A DNA stretch of 64,000 nucleotides, taken from the NCBI RefSeq assembly GCF_006345805.1, contig NC_043009.1:34224001-34288000 (forward strand), read 5' to 3'. A program made the translations under genes and the position numbers. Every line of letters begins with the position of its first letter. Position 1 is the first letter of the stretch. Positions 24,779 to 37,799 of this stretch are shown here, piece after piece. The notes beneath the pieces are model-generated. The model saw nothing but the letters and a program-made list of their open reading frames with translations, was not told where the DNA came from and did no database searches. This DNA is from Octopus sinensis (lineage: Eukaryota).

Positions 24779-24841
24779 GGCGTCTGAAGATACACCCGTA
24801 AGACTAAACCCACTTATGAGCGAGAAACCCAAGGTAACCCC
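24779..24841 (+). ncRNA. Hammerhead-like motif with damaged stem II
   Basis: GGCGT CTGAAGA T...CGTAAG..CTTATG..A GAA ACC CAA GGT A ACCCC. Intact core, GUA triplet, stem I with one mismatch. Confidence 0.45.
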
Positions 24842-24926
24842 ATAAACTGTCCTACCGGACTATAATAGTGTCTGCTCCACATCTTAGAGTGTGCTTCTCC
24901 TCCAGATTTATGTATTTCTACAAACG

Positions 24927-24998
<72 letters not shown>

Positions 24999-25470
24999 CT
25001 TCTGAGCAAGGACTAAAGAAGATTATTCTAAAGCCAATATACCGATTATCCACATTTAAACCGCGTGCTACATAAAATTGAACTGAAAATCGGGCAACTA
25101 ACCGTTGGAACGTTTAAGTTTCGTTATCTCAATATTGAATCAATTTCGGAATTAACCACACAAGGATTCGATCTTCATCAGTTGAGCGTACGAGGGGATA
25201 TAAGTAAGGTACTCACATGCGTCCATGGAAACAGCCGAAGCGGATAACACAAATACATTTAAGTAACTCAATTATATCTAAAAATAAAAATTCCTAGGTC
25301 AGTCTCAGGACAACATGACTTCTCGCCGCTACATATTGTAGTGGTTACAAGTCCCTTGTAGCAGGCGGTAATGAGTTTACTACTATTAAAAAGGATGAAG
25401 CTTTTTTCTCTACAGAAAAAAATTCCATCAGGAAGTGTGGCAGTATATTAAAGAACCTTTACGTTATATA

Positions 25471-25814
25471 GTGAAGGCGCATGGCTCAGTGGTTAGAGCG
25501 TCGAGATTACGATCGTGAGGTTGTGAGCTCAAATCCCGGTCCGGGCTGCGTGTTGTGTTCTTGAGCAAAGCACTTTATTTTCACGTTGCTCCAGTTCACT
25601 CAGCTGTAGAAATGAGTTGCGACGTCACAGGTGCCAAGCTGTATCGACCTTTGTCTTTCCCTTGGATAACACTGGTGGTCTGGAGAGGGGAGGCTGGTAT
25701 GCATGGGCGACTGCTGGTCTTCCATAAACAACCTTGCCCGGACTTGTGTCTAGGAGGGTAACTTTCTAGGTGCAATTCCATGGTCATTCATGACCGAAGG
25801 GGGTCTTCACCCTG
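25471..25814 (+). mobile_element. tRNA-derived SINE, third family
   Basis: A box tggctcagtgg, B-box-like gagctcaaatcc and CORE-like tgtgttcttgagcaaagcactt. 10-bp TSD acgttatata at 25461-25470 and 25815-25824. Confidence 0.9.
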
Positions 25815-27492
25815 ACGTTATATATATTATATAAATTTGAGTTATTTCCCTTGGTACGTGTAAGCATTCTGAGCAAAAACGATTGTTGCACTTCGAAAGT
25901 TTTCATGACGTGAATGGTTGCGCAGATCAGCAGAGGATGAAATTGACCTCAGTATTTAGATTCTTTATTACATCGACTTCTACGGGATGAAAGGCAGCAA
26001 TTTGAATTCAGGCTATTTGACCCAAATACCACAAAGTATTTTGTCCGACTGAATGAGTACCCAACGTAGAGACAATATTATACGGATATGTATGCATAAG
26101 TTGCTTAAATATTCAAATTTTACTGTAGAAAGTTGGTCTAATTTATACTACATCAACTATTTAGAGTCATATACTAAATCTTTGAATATTCCTGAATGTT
26201 TTCACTTGTCTGTTTACAAACTGTGTTTGACGAGTATATAGTAAATGATATTTTTCTTAGCTTGAAAATTTCGTCAATATTGATACTGTATAGAGCGAAA
26301 GAAACTTATTGCCATTGCGGATAATCTATCAAGCGCTTATTGTCATAAAAAAATTAATAGATGCTGAACTCTGAATTTAAAATGAAATATCAGCTATTTA
26401 TTGCAATCAGTGAGAGTTATTGTATAAGCCGTAGTCCTAAATTGGTCTCAGTAAACGGATTCCAATATCTGCTGAGTGTTCGCAAAGGGAGTATTCAATT
26501 TTCATTTCATTGTTTAGTTCCAGGTCAGACCTGATCGAGCAGAAATATGGATGTTTGTTATTCCTCCACTTGCACCAGTCATTTCTTCCCTCTCTCTTTA
26601 TGCCTCGTTTTCCACATGAAACGGAAAATAAGGCTGGAGAAGAAATGCCTGTCGCAAAGTGTGTTTCGTAAAAGATGGAAGTCTATAGCAAGTATGTTGC
26701 AAGTGAAAGAACCTGTTTAATCGAGAATGTAAAAAAGGAGAAAGCAAAGTCTTCAGTGTGCGTATGTGGTTTGTGGGGTCGACCGTGTCCTCCGCTTCAT
26801 TTTTTGTTAATCACTCATTCTCATTTAATTGTATATATTTTAATTGTTTGTTTATTCATACGTTTCGTCTCATTCGATACCCTGACCCCAACGTTTGTTT
26901 TGTCTGTCCCCTTTTTTTCTCAACCTTATGGTGAATAAAGAAATACTCTCTTTATGCCTCTCTTTGACTGACTCTCTCTATTTATATCTCTGCAGTAGCG
27001 TCTTACTTTACTTCTCTCTCCCTGTTAATATCATCCTTCATTTCTCTCTCTTTCTTCCCTTCTTTGTTTCTTTCCCATTGTTATTAGCTCTCTCTATTAT
27101 CAGCAATTTGTTCTTAATCTCTCTCTTTTTTCCTGATTGTCATAAGCTTGAGTCATCTATCATCCTCACTTGTCATATGGATGGTTCCTTACAATGAATC
27201 TATCTTCTCTCCAGACGTAGCTTCTGTAATATTTATTAACTGTTTCTTTATCTCTTTACATACTTTTGCTTACCTGAAAAATCTATCTTCTCTCTACGAC
27301 ATTTATGAATTGTCTTTTCTAATCCAAATTCTCTGTCAATTCTGTCCCTCTCGGTCACTCTGCTCTAACGAAGAACTTTCTCACAGCAATTTATTAAACC
27401 CTTCATTAAGTTTAATTAAGAAATATTTCTTTTCCCTAATCCCAAACATTTCTGTTGCATTTTCTTTACTAGTTTCAGTTGGATAGTTATAA

Positions 27493-27523
<31 letters not shown>

Positions 27524-28039
27524 CATCATGTATGTGTATGCACATTCTCACTCACTCTCTCTCTCTATCTATCTATCTTTCTCTTGATGTTGGTTCCTTG
27601 TATAGTTAAATGAAATTGATGTATTATAAATGCTGAGTCTTAAATACTTAAATACTATGAGGTAAGCCCAAGGCAAATAGAGATCATAGCATGATCCTAA
27701 TTCCTGACTAAAATGATCTTCCTTGCTAAAGAGGCAAAAACTTTTGGGAAAGGCTTAAGCATTTTCGATTTCTTCTTCACCTAGAAATATGTCACAAGAT
27801 TTTAAAAAAAACAATTAAAAACCAAGTTTATTTGATATAAATGGTTATCTTTGGTAACTGCATACAACATTATGCAGGTAGCGTTGCCAACATAATTCTA
27901 TGCTAAATTTCAGGGGAAAAAATGCTAAAAATATGCTACATAAGAAAAAAAATGTTAAAGTCCAATTATGTTATAAAAAATGACTTTTTATTACATTCAG
28001 CATTGAGAAATATTTTCTTCATACATACACAGCCTTTAT

Positions 28040-28526
28040 GGCTATGCCCCCCCACCACTCCTTCTCTCAGCCAAGAAGCCCTTGTCTTGTGAGTTTGCAG
28101 GTATTGTTGTCATGTAAATAACACCTATTTCAGTGCCATGTAAAAAGCACTTGTGCTGGTGCCATGTCCAAAGCACCCATGCCAGTGCCACATAATAAGT
28201 ACCTATGCTGGTGTCACATAAAGGGTATCCATGCTGGTGCCATGTAGAATGTAGCTGTGTCAGTGCAACATACAAAAGCACCCCTGCCGGTTCCACATAA
28301 GGAGCACCTGTGCTGGTGTCACTTATAGAGCACCCATGCTGGTGTCATATAAAAAGCCCTCAGTACACTAGTATACTATGTAAAGGGGTTGACATTAGGA
28401 AGAGCATCCCTCTGTAGAAACCAGGCCAAACTGACAATTGGAGCCTGGTGCAACTCTCTGGTTGGCCAGCTCCTGTCAAACCATCCAACCCATGCCAGCA
28501 TGGAAAACTGATATTAAATGATGATG
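28040..28526 (+). mobile_element. RTE 3' tail with internal ~25-bp minisatellite
   Basis: About ten agcacccatgctggtgccat-like units at 28110-28360. Ends ccatgccagcatggaaaactgatattaaatgatgatga. Confidence 0.75.
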
Positions 28527-29754
28527 AATTTCACTGATTTGTTCACTTTCAGCTGCAATCTCTGGGTCTTGACTTTTGTATACATTCAAGGTCCCAATCT
28601 TGTTAAATACTGGTTGTGGAACGTCAAAATTTCTTTGATTAAAACTCTTTCTAACATAGAAGTATCCAAAGAGTATTTGAGACACATAATGCTTTATGAG
28701 TACAAAAAGGGAAACTCTGCAGCCAAAGCGACTCAAAATATACACTTAGTTTATGGGAAAGAATGCTTGAATGAAAGAACTTGCAGAAGATGGTTTGCAA
28801 AATTCAGAAGTGGAGATTTCAGCCTTGAAGATGAAGATCAAACAGGACGTCCAGGTGAGTTTGATGATAAGCTCCTTGAGGCATTACTTGAAGAAAATCC
28901 TGCATTATCAGTTGAAGAATTGGTAATAAAGCTTAGTTCAAACCATACAACTTTTCATCATCATCTTCAACAACTTGGAAAGGTTAAACTTGGAAAATGA
29001 GTTCCTCATGAATTGTCTGAAAGCAACTGCAAATCCCAAGTTGATGCCTGCTCTTCTCTCCATTCTCACAAACTCATTTCACCATTTTTGGATAGACTTG
29101 TGACTGGTGACAAAAAATGAATCTTCTATCAAAATGTTAAACGTCGTAAACAGTGGCTTGGTAAAAGGGAAAAGGCTCAACCACAACTGAGAAGGGAACT
29201 TCATAGGAAAAAGGTTCTTCTCTCTATCTGGTGGGATTGTAAAGGAGTAATTCACTTTGAATTGTTACCACCTAATACAATAATCAATGCTCAAGTCTAC
29301 TGTCAGCAGTTAGAGCATTTGAACCAAGCTTTGATTAAAAAAAGACCCGCTTTAGTGAATCGAAAAGGAGTGATGTTTCATCAGGACAATGCGTGACCCC
29401 GCACTGCAAAGATCACATCACAGAGGATCGAAGAGCTTGGTTGGGAAAAAATTCCTCATCCACCTTATTCTCCCGACCTTGCTCCTTCAGACTACCATGT
29501 TTCGTAGATTACAGAATCATTTGGGGGACATAACTTTCGCAAGCCAGGAGGAGGTCGAAACTGACATTTCAGAGTTCTTCGCTTTGAAACCAAAAGAGTT
29601 TTACATTGATAGGATTTAAAAGCTTGTAAATAGATGGAAGGAAGTCATAGATAATCAGGGAAAGTACATTGATGATTCAATTTCAATTACAGATAACATT
29701 TGATCACTTGTTTTCTTTATTCAAAATTCGGACAGAACTTATGGGATGACTTGA
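28527..29754 (+). mobile_element. Mariner (DD34D) transposon, transposase pseudogene ~28656-29680, left TIR missing
   Basis: LRHIMLYEYKKG..WFAKFRSGDFSLED, *VPHEL, LVTGD, HQDNA and HPPYSPDLAPSDY. Start codon mutated to ATA, with stops and a frameshift. Right TIR ...gaacttatgggatgacttga followed by TA. Confidence 0.92.
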
Positions 29755-30296
29755 TAATTATAATGGGAAAAGGAGATACTCTACAAGTATCATAAACCAT
29801 AAATGAATGTAAATAAACTAATTTAGTAAATAATTTCTCTTACTTCATTTTCTTCAACCTATTAATGATTTCTTCAACTATGAAACAGTTATTATAGCAG
29901 TGAAAAAGAGCGAGCTTTATTTATCTTCAACATACATGTACGTTTCAGCGTCTTGGCGGTGTATAATTCATCACGGCGTTTACGCAGTCTGAGTTAAGAT
30001 TTATGTATGGCGATAATACTTATAATTAAGTTATAAGTGACGGGTTTATTACCATAGATTTCTACTCAATAAACATCTATATTTATTTATTCCAAGTCGA
30101 AAGCATATAAATAAGGTAATCTTAGTCCGTTATAAAAGTGGTAAAATTACTGCTTAATGAAAACTACATAAAACACCCGTATAGAAGTGGTAATTTACCG
30201 TTATAGATGTCAGTCTTAATGTCCTTAAGTTATCTCCCCCTCGTTCACATAGCACTAAATTTTGTTATTTCTCCAACTAAAGGCAAAATTTTAATC

Positions 30297-30390
30297 ACCA
30301 TATTTCCCGGCATCAAAGACGCTATTTTTTCCCCCACAAAAGTAAGTCTCGAAAATCTACCATGCATCCTGGAGGCCGAAGGTTGTGTAG
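30297..30390 (+). mobile_element. pogo/Tigger-type terminal fragment
   Basis: accatatttcccggcatcaaagacgctattttttccccc resembles pogo-family TIRs. No partner end found. Confidence 0.4.
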
Positions 30391-30884
30391 CCGTAACGGA
30401 AATGTCTAGCAGAACCTGTCACTGTTTTGTGGTTCTCCGGAAGCCAGGGGATTCAACACCAGTGACCTCCCTTGGCAAACATTCTGGAATGTTCCAAGCA
30501 TAGCAGATTTACGTCCCTTTTAGTAATGCCACTATGGCATAAAACGTTCTAGTAGGGTTTTAGTTGTTAGGCGGAGCCAACAGGAATTCAGCCAATATAT
30601 GGGACGGAGAAATCTGTTTTTCTTCTCTCCTTCACTGAATTTCGACTTGGACTAATCGTCGTTGTGGAGAACAGCTTAGTTCATCCACAAATAAATACTT
30701 CCTGCAGCAACCGTGTGTGACAGGCCTTTTATACTACATGACATATGTACGAATCAATCCTACATTTGTGGTACTAAATTCTTCCTTACATTTTCTATCC
30801 CATTCCCTTCCACACAGAGCATGACAAGGCTACACTTTATGTAACTTTTCACATTCATGCACAGCTTCACATGAAGCATATTGG

Positions 30885-31374
30885 GAAAGACTTCCGCCCG
30901 TCCCCTCCCATTTTTCCCCAAATTTGTTTATTAATTTTTTTTTTTTTTTTGCCAAAAACCCCCATTTTCGGATACGGAGGTTCCAGAAATTTGCCATAAA
31001 TAGGGATTGTTAAATTTCCCCCCCTTCTCCCCCAAATTCTTCAATTTTGACTTTTTTCCCTAGCCCTAACGGTAACTACAGAAATGTTTTGAAGCTTTTG
31101 TCCGAATCATAATAAATTCCGTATTTTTCCGCATATTTAGGGAAAAAGAAAAATTTACAAAAATTTTTGGAAATTTTTTTTCAGAATCAGAATCTCCGTA
31201 TTTTTCCGCATATTTCGAAAAAAAAAAAAAAAGGAAGGAAGTGGGGTGGGGGTTGTAATTTAAAAATGCCGATTTTTACCAATTTTTTTGCAGATTAGTA
31301 TTCCCTGTAGCCAAAAAGTGGGGTTTTTTTTAAAGAGTGGTTTTTGGGGGGGTGGGGGCGGGCGGAAGTCTTTC
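30885..31374. mobile_element. Non-autonomous TIR element (MITE-like)
   Basis: gaaagacttccgcccgtcccctccc is mirrored by gggggcgggcggaagtctttc. AT-rich interior, TSD not resolved. Confidence 0.6.
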
Positions 31375-31529
31375 TAGTTTTGCCACATAGAAAAGACTTC
31401 TTGGTAAACTTGTATTTGTTCTTAATTATATTAAATTATTTGTGAAGTTTAAGAATGGCTCTTTCGTTATTTCTAACCTTGCGTCCGCATTAACATTTAG
31501 TACAAAGAAAATTACTAGTGTGATGACTA

Positions 31530-33363
31530 CACAATGATACTAAAGTTGCATTTTTCATGGGTGACTAGGACAAACCATGGGCCCCACATGTGATATGTGG
31601 AAGCTGTCGATCTACTCTAGAAGGATGGTTAAGAGGTACAGGAAGGTCAATGCCTTTTGCCATTTCAAGGGTATGGAGAGAGCCAAAGAACCATCATGAT
31701 GACTGTTACTTTTGTATGATCGATGTGAAAGGAAGACAAGCTCTTCAGTATCCAGACATACCATCATCTAGAGCACCTGTCCCACATGATGACAGTTTAT
31801 CACTACCACCAGAAAATATTTCATCTGAAGAGTCAACAAGTAGCAGCAGCCAAGAAATGGAGGAAGCTTTCATGCCAAGAACGACTTTGGAGCCTCACTT
31901 TCCAAATCAGAGTGAGCTAGATGATTTAATCAGGGATCTGGGTCTTACTAAGTCAGGAGCTGAACTTCTTTCATCAAGGTTGAAGGAATGGAATCTACTG
32001 GGGTAAGACTGAAAGACATCTCTGTACTAGAAACGCCATGAAGAATTTGAAATTTACTATGAAAATATTAATGGTCTGTGTTATTGTAAAGATGTGATTG
32101 GTTTGTTTACTGCTATTGGACTCAAGCATGATTCTGCAGAATGGCAACTGTTCATAGATAGCTCAACACGAAGTCTCAAAGCAATGTTGCTCAACAATGG
32201 AAATAAATATCCTTCTTTGCCTCTTGCACACTCCAATATCAAAGAACTTCTCGAAAAAATAAATTACGCTGAGTTCAAGTGGGATGTTTTTGGTAATTTC
32301 AAGATGCTTGCCTTCTTGCTTGACTTGCAAGGGGGATACACAAAGTATTCATGTTTCCTTTGCTTATGGGACAGCAGAGCTGATGATCATCATTACAAGA
32401 GAGTACATTGGCCCCCACGAGTGGAACTGCAGCCAGGAATGTTAAATGTTCTCAAACAGCCCCTAGTAGATTCCAACAAAATCTTATTACCCCCACTTCA
32501 TATCAAACTCGGATTAGTAAAACAGTTTGTGAAGGCCTTAGATTTTAGAGAAGTTTTTTAAGAAATTTCTCTTATGTTTCCAAAGCTATCTGAGGCTAAG
32601 ATTAAGGGTGGCATATTCGTCGGGCCCCAAGTAAATGCAATGTTAAAGTTGAAGAAACTGGAAAGAGCAATGACAAAAGTTGAAAAAGAAGCTTGATGTG
32701 CATTTCGTGATGTAGTTCATGGATTTCTAGGAAATCACAAGGATCCTAATTACAAACAGCTGGTAGCAAAGCTTATTGAAAACTTCAAGAAAATGGCTTG
32801 TCGTATGTCCTTAAAGGTTCATTTTTTGCATTCTCACCTAGATTTTTCCCTGAAAACTTGGGTGATGTCAGTGAGGAGCATGGTGAAAGATTTCAGCAGG
32901 GCATTGCAACTATGGAAAGAAGATACCAGGGACGATGAGATACTGCTATGATGGGAGATTATATATGGTCTCTAGTCAGAAGAGATGAAGGTATACACTC
33001 CAGAAAATCTCGATCGTCAAAGCACTTCTCATCACAAGAAAAGAGTTATCAAGGCATTTACAGTGCAGATTTTTATTGTTTCTTTTTGTTCTAACTAATA
33101 TTATACTTCCTACATACCTTTCAATATGTGAAAATGTACTAAATCCTTACAATCCTAGAATAGATTGAACCAACAAAGTACTGTAGAGAAAAGTTACAAA
33201 TATAACGAGCAAATATGAACTTAGGAATAAATAAATAACTATCGATGTTACGTCAAAATGAATGTGATTTTTTAATTTAGTGGCAAAAAATGCATATATG
33301 AACATTAAAAAATGCATATATGAACATTAAAAAATACAAATAAACAAAACATGTTACATTGTG
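31530..33363 (+). mobile_element. Chapaev3-like (CMC/Transib group) DNA transposon, transposase pseudogene ~31555-33060
   Basis: DKPWAPHVICGSC..WREPKNHHDDCYFC zinc finger, LFIDSS, GGYTKYSCFLCLWDSRA, LPPLHIKLGLVKQFVKAL, HFLHSHLDFF and EEHGERFQQ. Right end reads 5'-CACAATGTAACA followed by TAA. Left end uncertain. Confidence 0.75.
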
Positions 33364-33929
33364 TAATCTGTGTCAATTGTTGTTCCAGAGACAAGAAGAG
33401 AGAGAGAGAGTGATAGATGGTGGAAGGAGAGAGACATAAAGAGAAAGAAACAAAGAGAAAAGAGAGGGAAAGTAGACAGATAGAGATACAGAAAGAGAGA
33501 GAGAGAGAGGGACAGAAAGAGAAATAGAGAGACAGAAAGAGAGGATACTCATGGTATTAAATAACTGAAACATGAATATATATACATGTGTGTGCATGTT
33601 CTATTTTTTTTGTTTCGGTATTTTGACAGAGAAATGTAATGTTTAATGTGTGTGTTTATTCTTTTAGTGAAAGAAAGAAAGAGAGGGAAAATAGACAGAT
33701 AGAGAAAAAAGAAAATCAGAGAGAGATGGCGTCTGGTTTTAGTTTCACTTTGTGGGACAAAGAGACAGAATCTCTCTTTTATATATATATATATAGAAGA
33801 TATATATATATATATAAGCACAGGACATATACTGGATTATCTTGTGTGTCTATATTTAATCTAAGGTGTACCTGTTGAAGAAGGCTTCGCCTAGCAAATT
33901 ATTTTATTTGCTAAAAAAGTCTGAAATCA

Positions 33930-34065
33930 TTGATCCAGAAGTTAGATGGTAAATGTTTTTATTTTTCATTCCCTTCGAAATTTATCTCTATCCTCTCTAG
34001 CGTGTAGGTAGTCCTATGATGGGTACCTTTTGTGCTTAAATGTACACTCTATTTATATGTATTTA
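33930..34065 (-). mobile_element. Fragment homologous to the 5' part of the Helitron at 37530-37690
   Basis: Shared agatggtaaatgtttttatttttcattcccttcga...ctagcgt...aatgtacact. Confidence 0.5.
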
Positions 34066-34075
34066 TATGTGTGTA

Positions 34076-34127
<52 letters not shown>

Positions 34128-34129
<2 letters not shown>

Positions 34130-34641
34130 GACTGCCCCCTCGTTATCGAGTATGGCCATTGCACGAAGCTTAACTGTTACTGGTGCTGTGATCGAATGTG
34201 ACTTTTTAGCCCAGCTAAAGATCTACAATGTCTTGTACAGAATTGGCAACTAAAACCTTTACCAGTAATAGCCGGCAGTAGTTGTAACTGGGCTTCATGT
34301 ACCTTTGCATGTCGTTTAAGTCCTCCTGCTGAATTACACTCTCTTCCACATGCCCGACAGATATGATTAGTATGGTGTGTCACACCACCAATAGCGGCCA
34401 GGTTGTCACTCATCTGTCTCGCTTTATGACTACAAAGATGACTCTTGAGTCCGGCTTTACTGAGGCAGGGTCTTGCACAGACATTGCATGTCAGCATCAA
34501 AGGAAGACTCTTCCCATCTGGAAGTGTAACAGCGATGCCCTTCCTGACATCCCACCTTGCTTTCTCGTGTGCAACTCAAGATTTCTCAAAAGTGGCTGTC
34601 CCCTCATGCACAATCCTTCTCCATCTGCTACAGTCAATAGC
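34128..34641 (-). mobile_element. RTE LINE 3' end with three C2H2 fingers (open frame 34177-34500)
   Basis: CNVC-x12-HLCSH, CRAC-x12-HAKVH and CQFC-x12-HIRSQH, preceded by an RTE-like FEK..HEKARWDVRKG. Short 3' UTR shared with 8224-8265. Flanked by (TA)n. Confidence 0.7.
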
Positions 34642-34765
34642 TATATATATATATATATATATACTTACTTGGAAATGGATGTATGGTGTTCAGTTAAATA
34701 ATAGTATAAATGATATATATGTGTATGTATGAGAACTAAACATGACAGTGACCCTCCTTGTTAGT

Positions 34766-35053
34766 TTTTGTTCAGTTTCCTTGTATGTCTCCACTGTCAT
34801 TTTTTTGTTCCCACCTTTGATCCTCCATAAATCCAAAATTTTATTTTGGTACTTATGGAAGCAACTGTCTTCGAATGCTTATATTGTCGTTGAATACTCG
34901 AAATGAGGAGTAGACAGACAACCGACAACTGATGAAGGGTCATTCTCCATGTTACTTGTCCTGTTTTCCAATTTTTTCTCTTGTTTTTTGCATATTTAAC
35001 TCGTTTTTGTACTTCATGTTTTTACACAACTGGTGACATCATGTACCCATATA

Positions 35054-35101
<48 letters not shown>

Positions 35102-35750
35102 TATATATATATTATTATCTAATTGAATGCCGCATTCATTTCCAAGTAAGTTTATCTTAACCTTTTTGATGTGACTCTACTCTATACTTCTCTAATTCCC
35201 TTCTTCTCTCAATCACCATTTTCTGTCTGTCTCTCTGTCTCTCTCTCTCCACCTCTCTTTTTTTATCTCATTGCTCACACTTGACCATTGTCCATCTTTT
35301 TCTTCCTCACATGACCATCTCTCTTTTCCTGCAGGACATTCCAAGGACCAGACATCTGTCTATCTCTCTTTTCTATTTTTACTCTTTTCAAAGAAAATAT
35401 TCCTCCTAGCATTCACTATTTTCTTCTCATTCTGGTCTAACGACTCTCTATGTTTGTTTTCGTTCAGTTTCCTTGTATGTTTCCACTGTCATGTTTGTGT
35501 TCCCAACTTTGACTCTCCATAAATCCAAAATTTTACTTTGGTATTTATGGGAGCAACTGTCTTTGAAAACTCATGTTGTTGAATGCCCAAAATGAGGAGT
35601 AGATAGACAGCCAATAACTGATGACGGGTTGTTCTCTGTGTTACTTGTCCTGTTTTTCATTTTTTCTCTTGTTGTTTACGTATTTAACTCATTTGTATCC
35701 ATACTTCATGTCGTTTACACAGTTGGTGATGTCCTGTAGCCATATATTCA
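34766..35750 (+). repeat. Two diverged ~290-bp direct repeats (34766-35055, 35457-35750)
   Basis: gttcagtttccttgtatgt..tccataaatccaaaatttta..aatgaggagtaga..ctgatga.ggg..gttacttgtcctgtttt occurs twice. Confidence 0.85.
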
Positions 35751-35774
35751 TATGTGTGTGTGTATGTATATATA

Positions 35775-36039
<265 letters not shown>

Positions 36040-36060
<21 letters not shown>

Positions 36061-36325
36061 ATGTCTTTGTGTCTATGTTTATCCCCTACCACCACTTGAC
36101 AACTGAGGTTAGTGCATTTACGTCTCTGTAACTTAGTGGTTCGGCAAAAGTGACCCATTGAATAAATACCAGACTTAAAAAAATAAAGTAGTACTGGGGT
36201 TGATTTGTTTGATAAAAAACTCTTCAAGGCAGTAACCCAGCATGGTCACATGGTCAGGCACCTTGGGAAAGGTTGACCCAAGCCTTGTGAATGGATTTGG
36301 TAGATGGAAACTGAAAGAAGCCTGT

Positions 36326-36330
<5 letters not shown>
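36040..36330 (+). mobile_element. Two SINE fragments (3' half followed by 5'-middle part)
   Basis: Matches the 6203-6624 family. Confidence 0.7.
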
Positions 36331-36373
<43 letters not shown>

Positions 36374-36374
<1 letters not shown>

Positions 36375-37693
36375 TAGCAGAGGTGCCCAGCGTTGCTCGG
36401 GGCTTAATTGCTTTATAGTACTCTTAATGATTCTATTCAATTATGATTATTGAGGCAAAGTTTACGGCCAACCAATCGATTTGCAACTGGATAGAAAGCC
36501 CTGCAAAGAGCATTACTACACTCTCAGAAGTGGGTAACAATAGAATGTGAGGTGGCCCTGAAAAGGCTGTGTTATCGTTCTCACAATTGTAACAATTTGG
36601 TAAGTAGTCATGGTAGGGTGTGTAAAACCCAGGTGAATATGGTGTCTTTGTTTTCCACCAACGGTAGTGGACAGGCTGTTACAAAACTTCATGCTCTGTG
36701 AAGACAGAATAGATGACCTAATCATGGGTAAGTAAATACGGGTCAGTTTCAAAATATACAACAATAGCATCTACTCACCATATGTCAGAGTGTCGAGGAA
36801 AGAAATCCCCCCAGCTTTGTCCCGGACAGAATTAATAACAGAATTGTAAGTGAACTTCTGTTGTGGAAGGAGCTTTGGCTCATTCTCTGCTATGTACTGG
36901 GAAAGCTTGTCAAGAGTATAACATATGTCACACAACAAATCAGAAGACAGTGTGCTTGTGCCTTCCCGGTTTGTTGAAGGTAGGCCATACACCACCAACG
37001 CACTACTGCTCATATTGAGAAGAGTAGCTTCAATTCCAAGCAGCACCCTGTTGTAAATGAGGTCACTGTATCTGACCTCTATTGATGGATTTAGCAACTG
37101 AGCCAGATGCAGGAAATCTTCAGACATGTAATCTTTGTAGGTAAGCCATAAAGAGGCAGGATCACCCAAGTCGCGCCATAGGAGTAGAATAGCGAAAAGT
37201 GATCTTAGTCTTTTAGGGGATTTTAAGAAAATATCCTCCACCATAGTGGTGCCCTATTGTGAATCGTCCTTGAAAAGTCCACGCCTGAAGCAGGCTTTGC
37301 GGAAAGTGTCACATAATTCACTGTCAACAGTTCTTATGTTTCAAAAGTTTTGTGAGCCGAAAATGTCATGAAGGAGAAGGCGCAGGTGAAAACGCAGATG
37401 CTGGTTGGAAGGTACAGAGTAGACTCTTCTTAGACAACTGTTAAACTTGACACTGGGATGTCCTTGAACATCCTCACCTGACTTCCTTTGCACCCAAGTG
37501 TTCTTTGATCACACACTAGAAAGGACAGTTTGAAGTAGATGGTAAATGTTTTTATTTTTCATTCCCTTCGAGAATTTATCCCTAATAAGTGGTTTGGAAT
37601 TTAACTGTCCATTCTAGCGTAAAGGATTCCTATAATGGAAGCCTCTTAATGTGTTTTAATGTACACTGTATTTTATATGAATAATATATAGTC
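36374..37693 (-). mobile_element. Helitron deletion derivative (Rep/helicase fragment plus 3' terminus)
   Basis: PKRLRSLFAILL..LW..YMSEDF..YGLP..LLPQQKFTYNSV..GGISFLD. 3' hairpin cccgagcaacgctggg (36386-36401), then CTAG (36377-36374) followed by T. Walker A absent. 5' boundary approximate. Confidence 0.85.
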
Positions 37694-37799
37694 TATTGAC
37701 TAATTTTTTTTTTTACGCTAGGCCACTTTTAGTAGAAATTTTCTATAATTTTTATTACCCTGATATTATTTATTATGTGTATATATATATGTATATATA

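Noticed and set aside
25471-25550. tRNA gene
   Set aside because: A/B boxes belong to a SINE head with TSDs. No complete cloverleaf.
28110-28360. CRISPR-like repeat array
   Set aside because: Adjacent degenerate tandem units without unique spacers, inside a eukaryotic retroelement tail.
29934-29980. Minus-strand TGATGA...GAAACGTA motif
   Set aside because: C3 is missing, and stems I and II do not pair.
34177-34500. Host C2H2 zinc-finger gene
   Set aside because: Continuous with RTE C-terminal sequence and a retroelement 3' end shared with 8224-8265. Kept as a TE feature.
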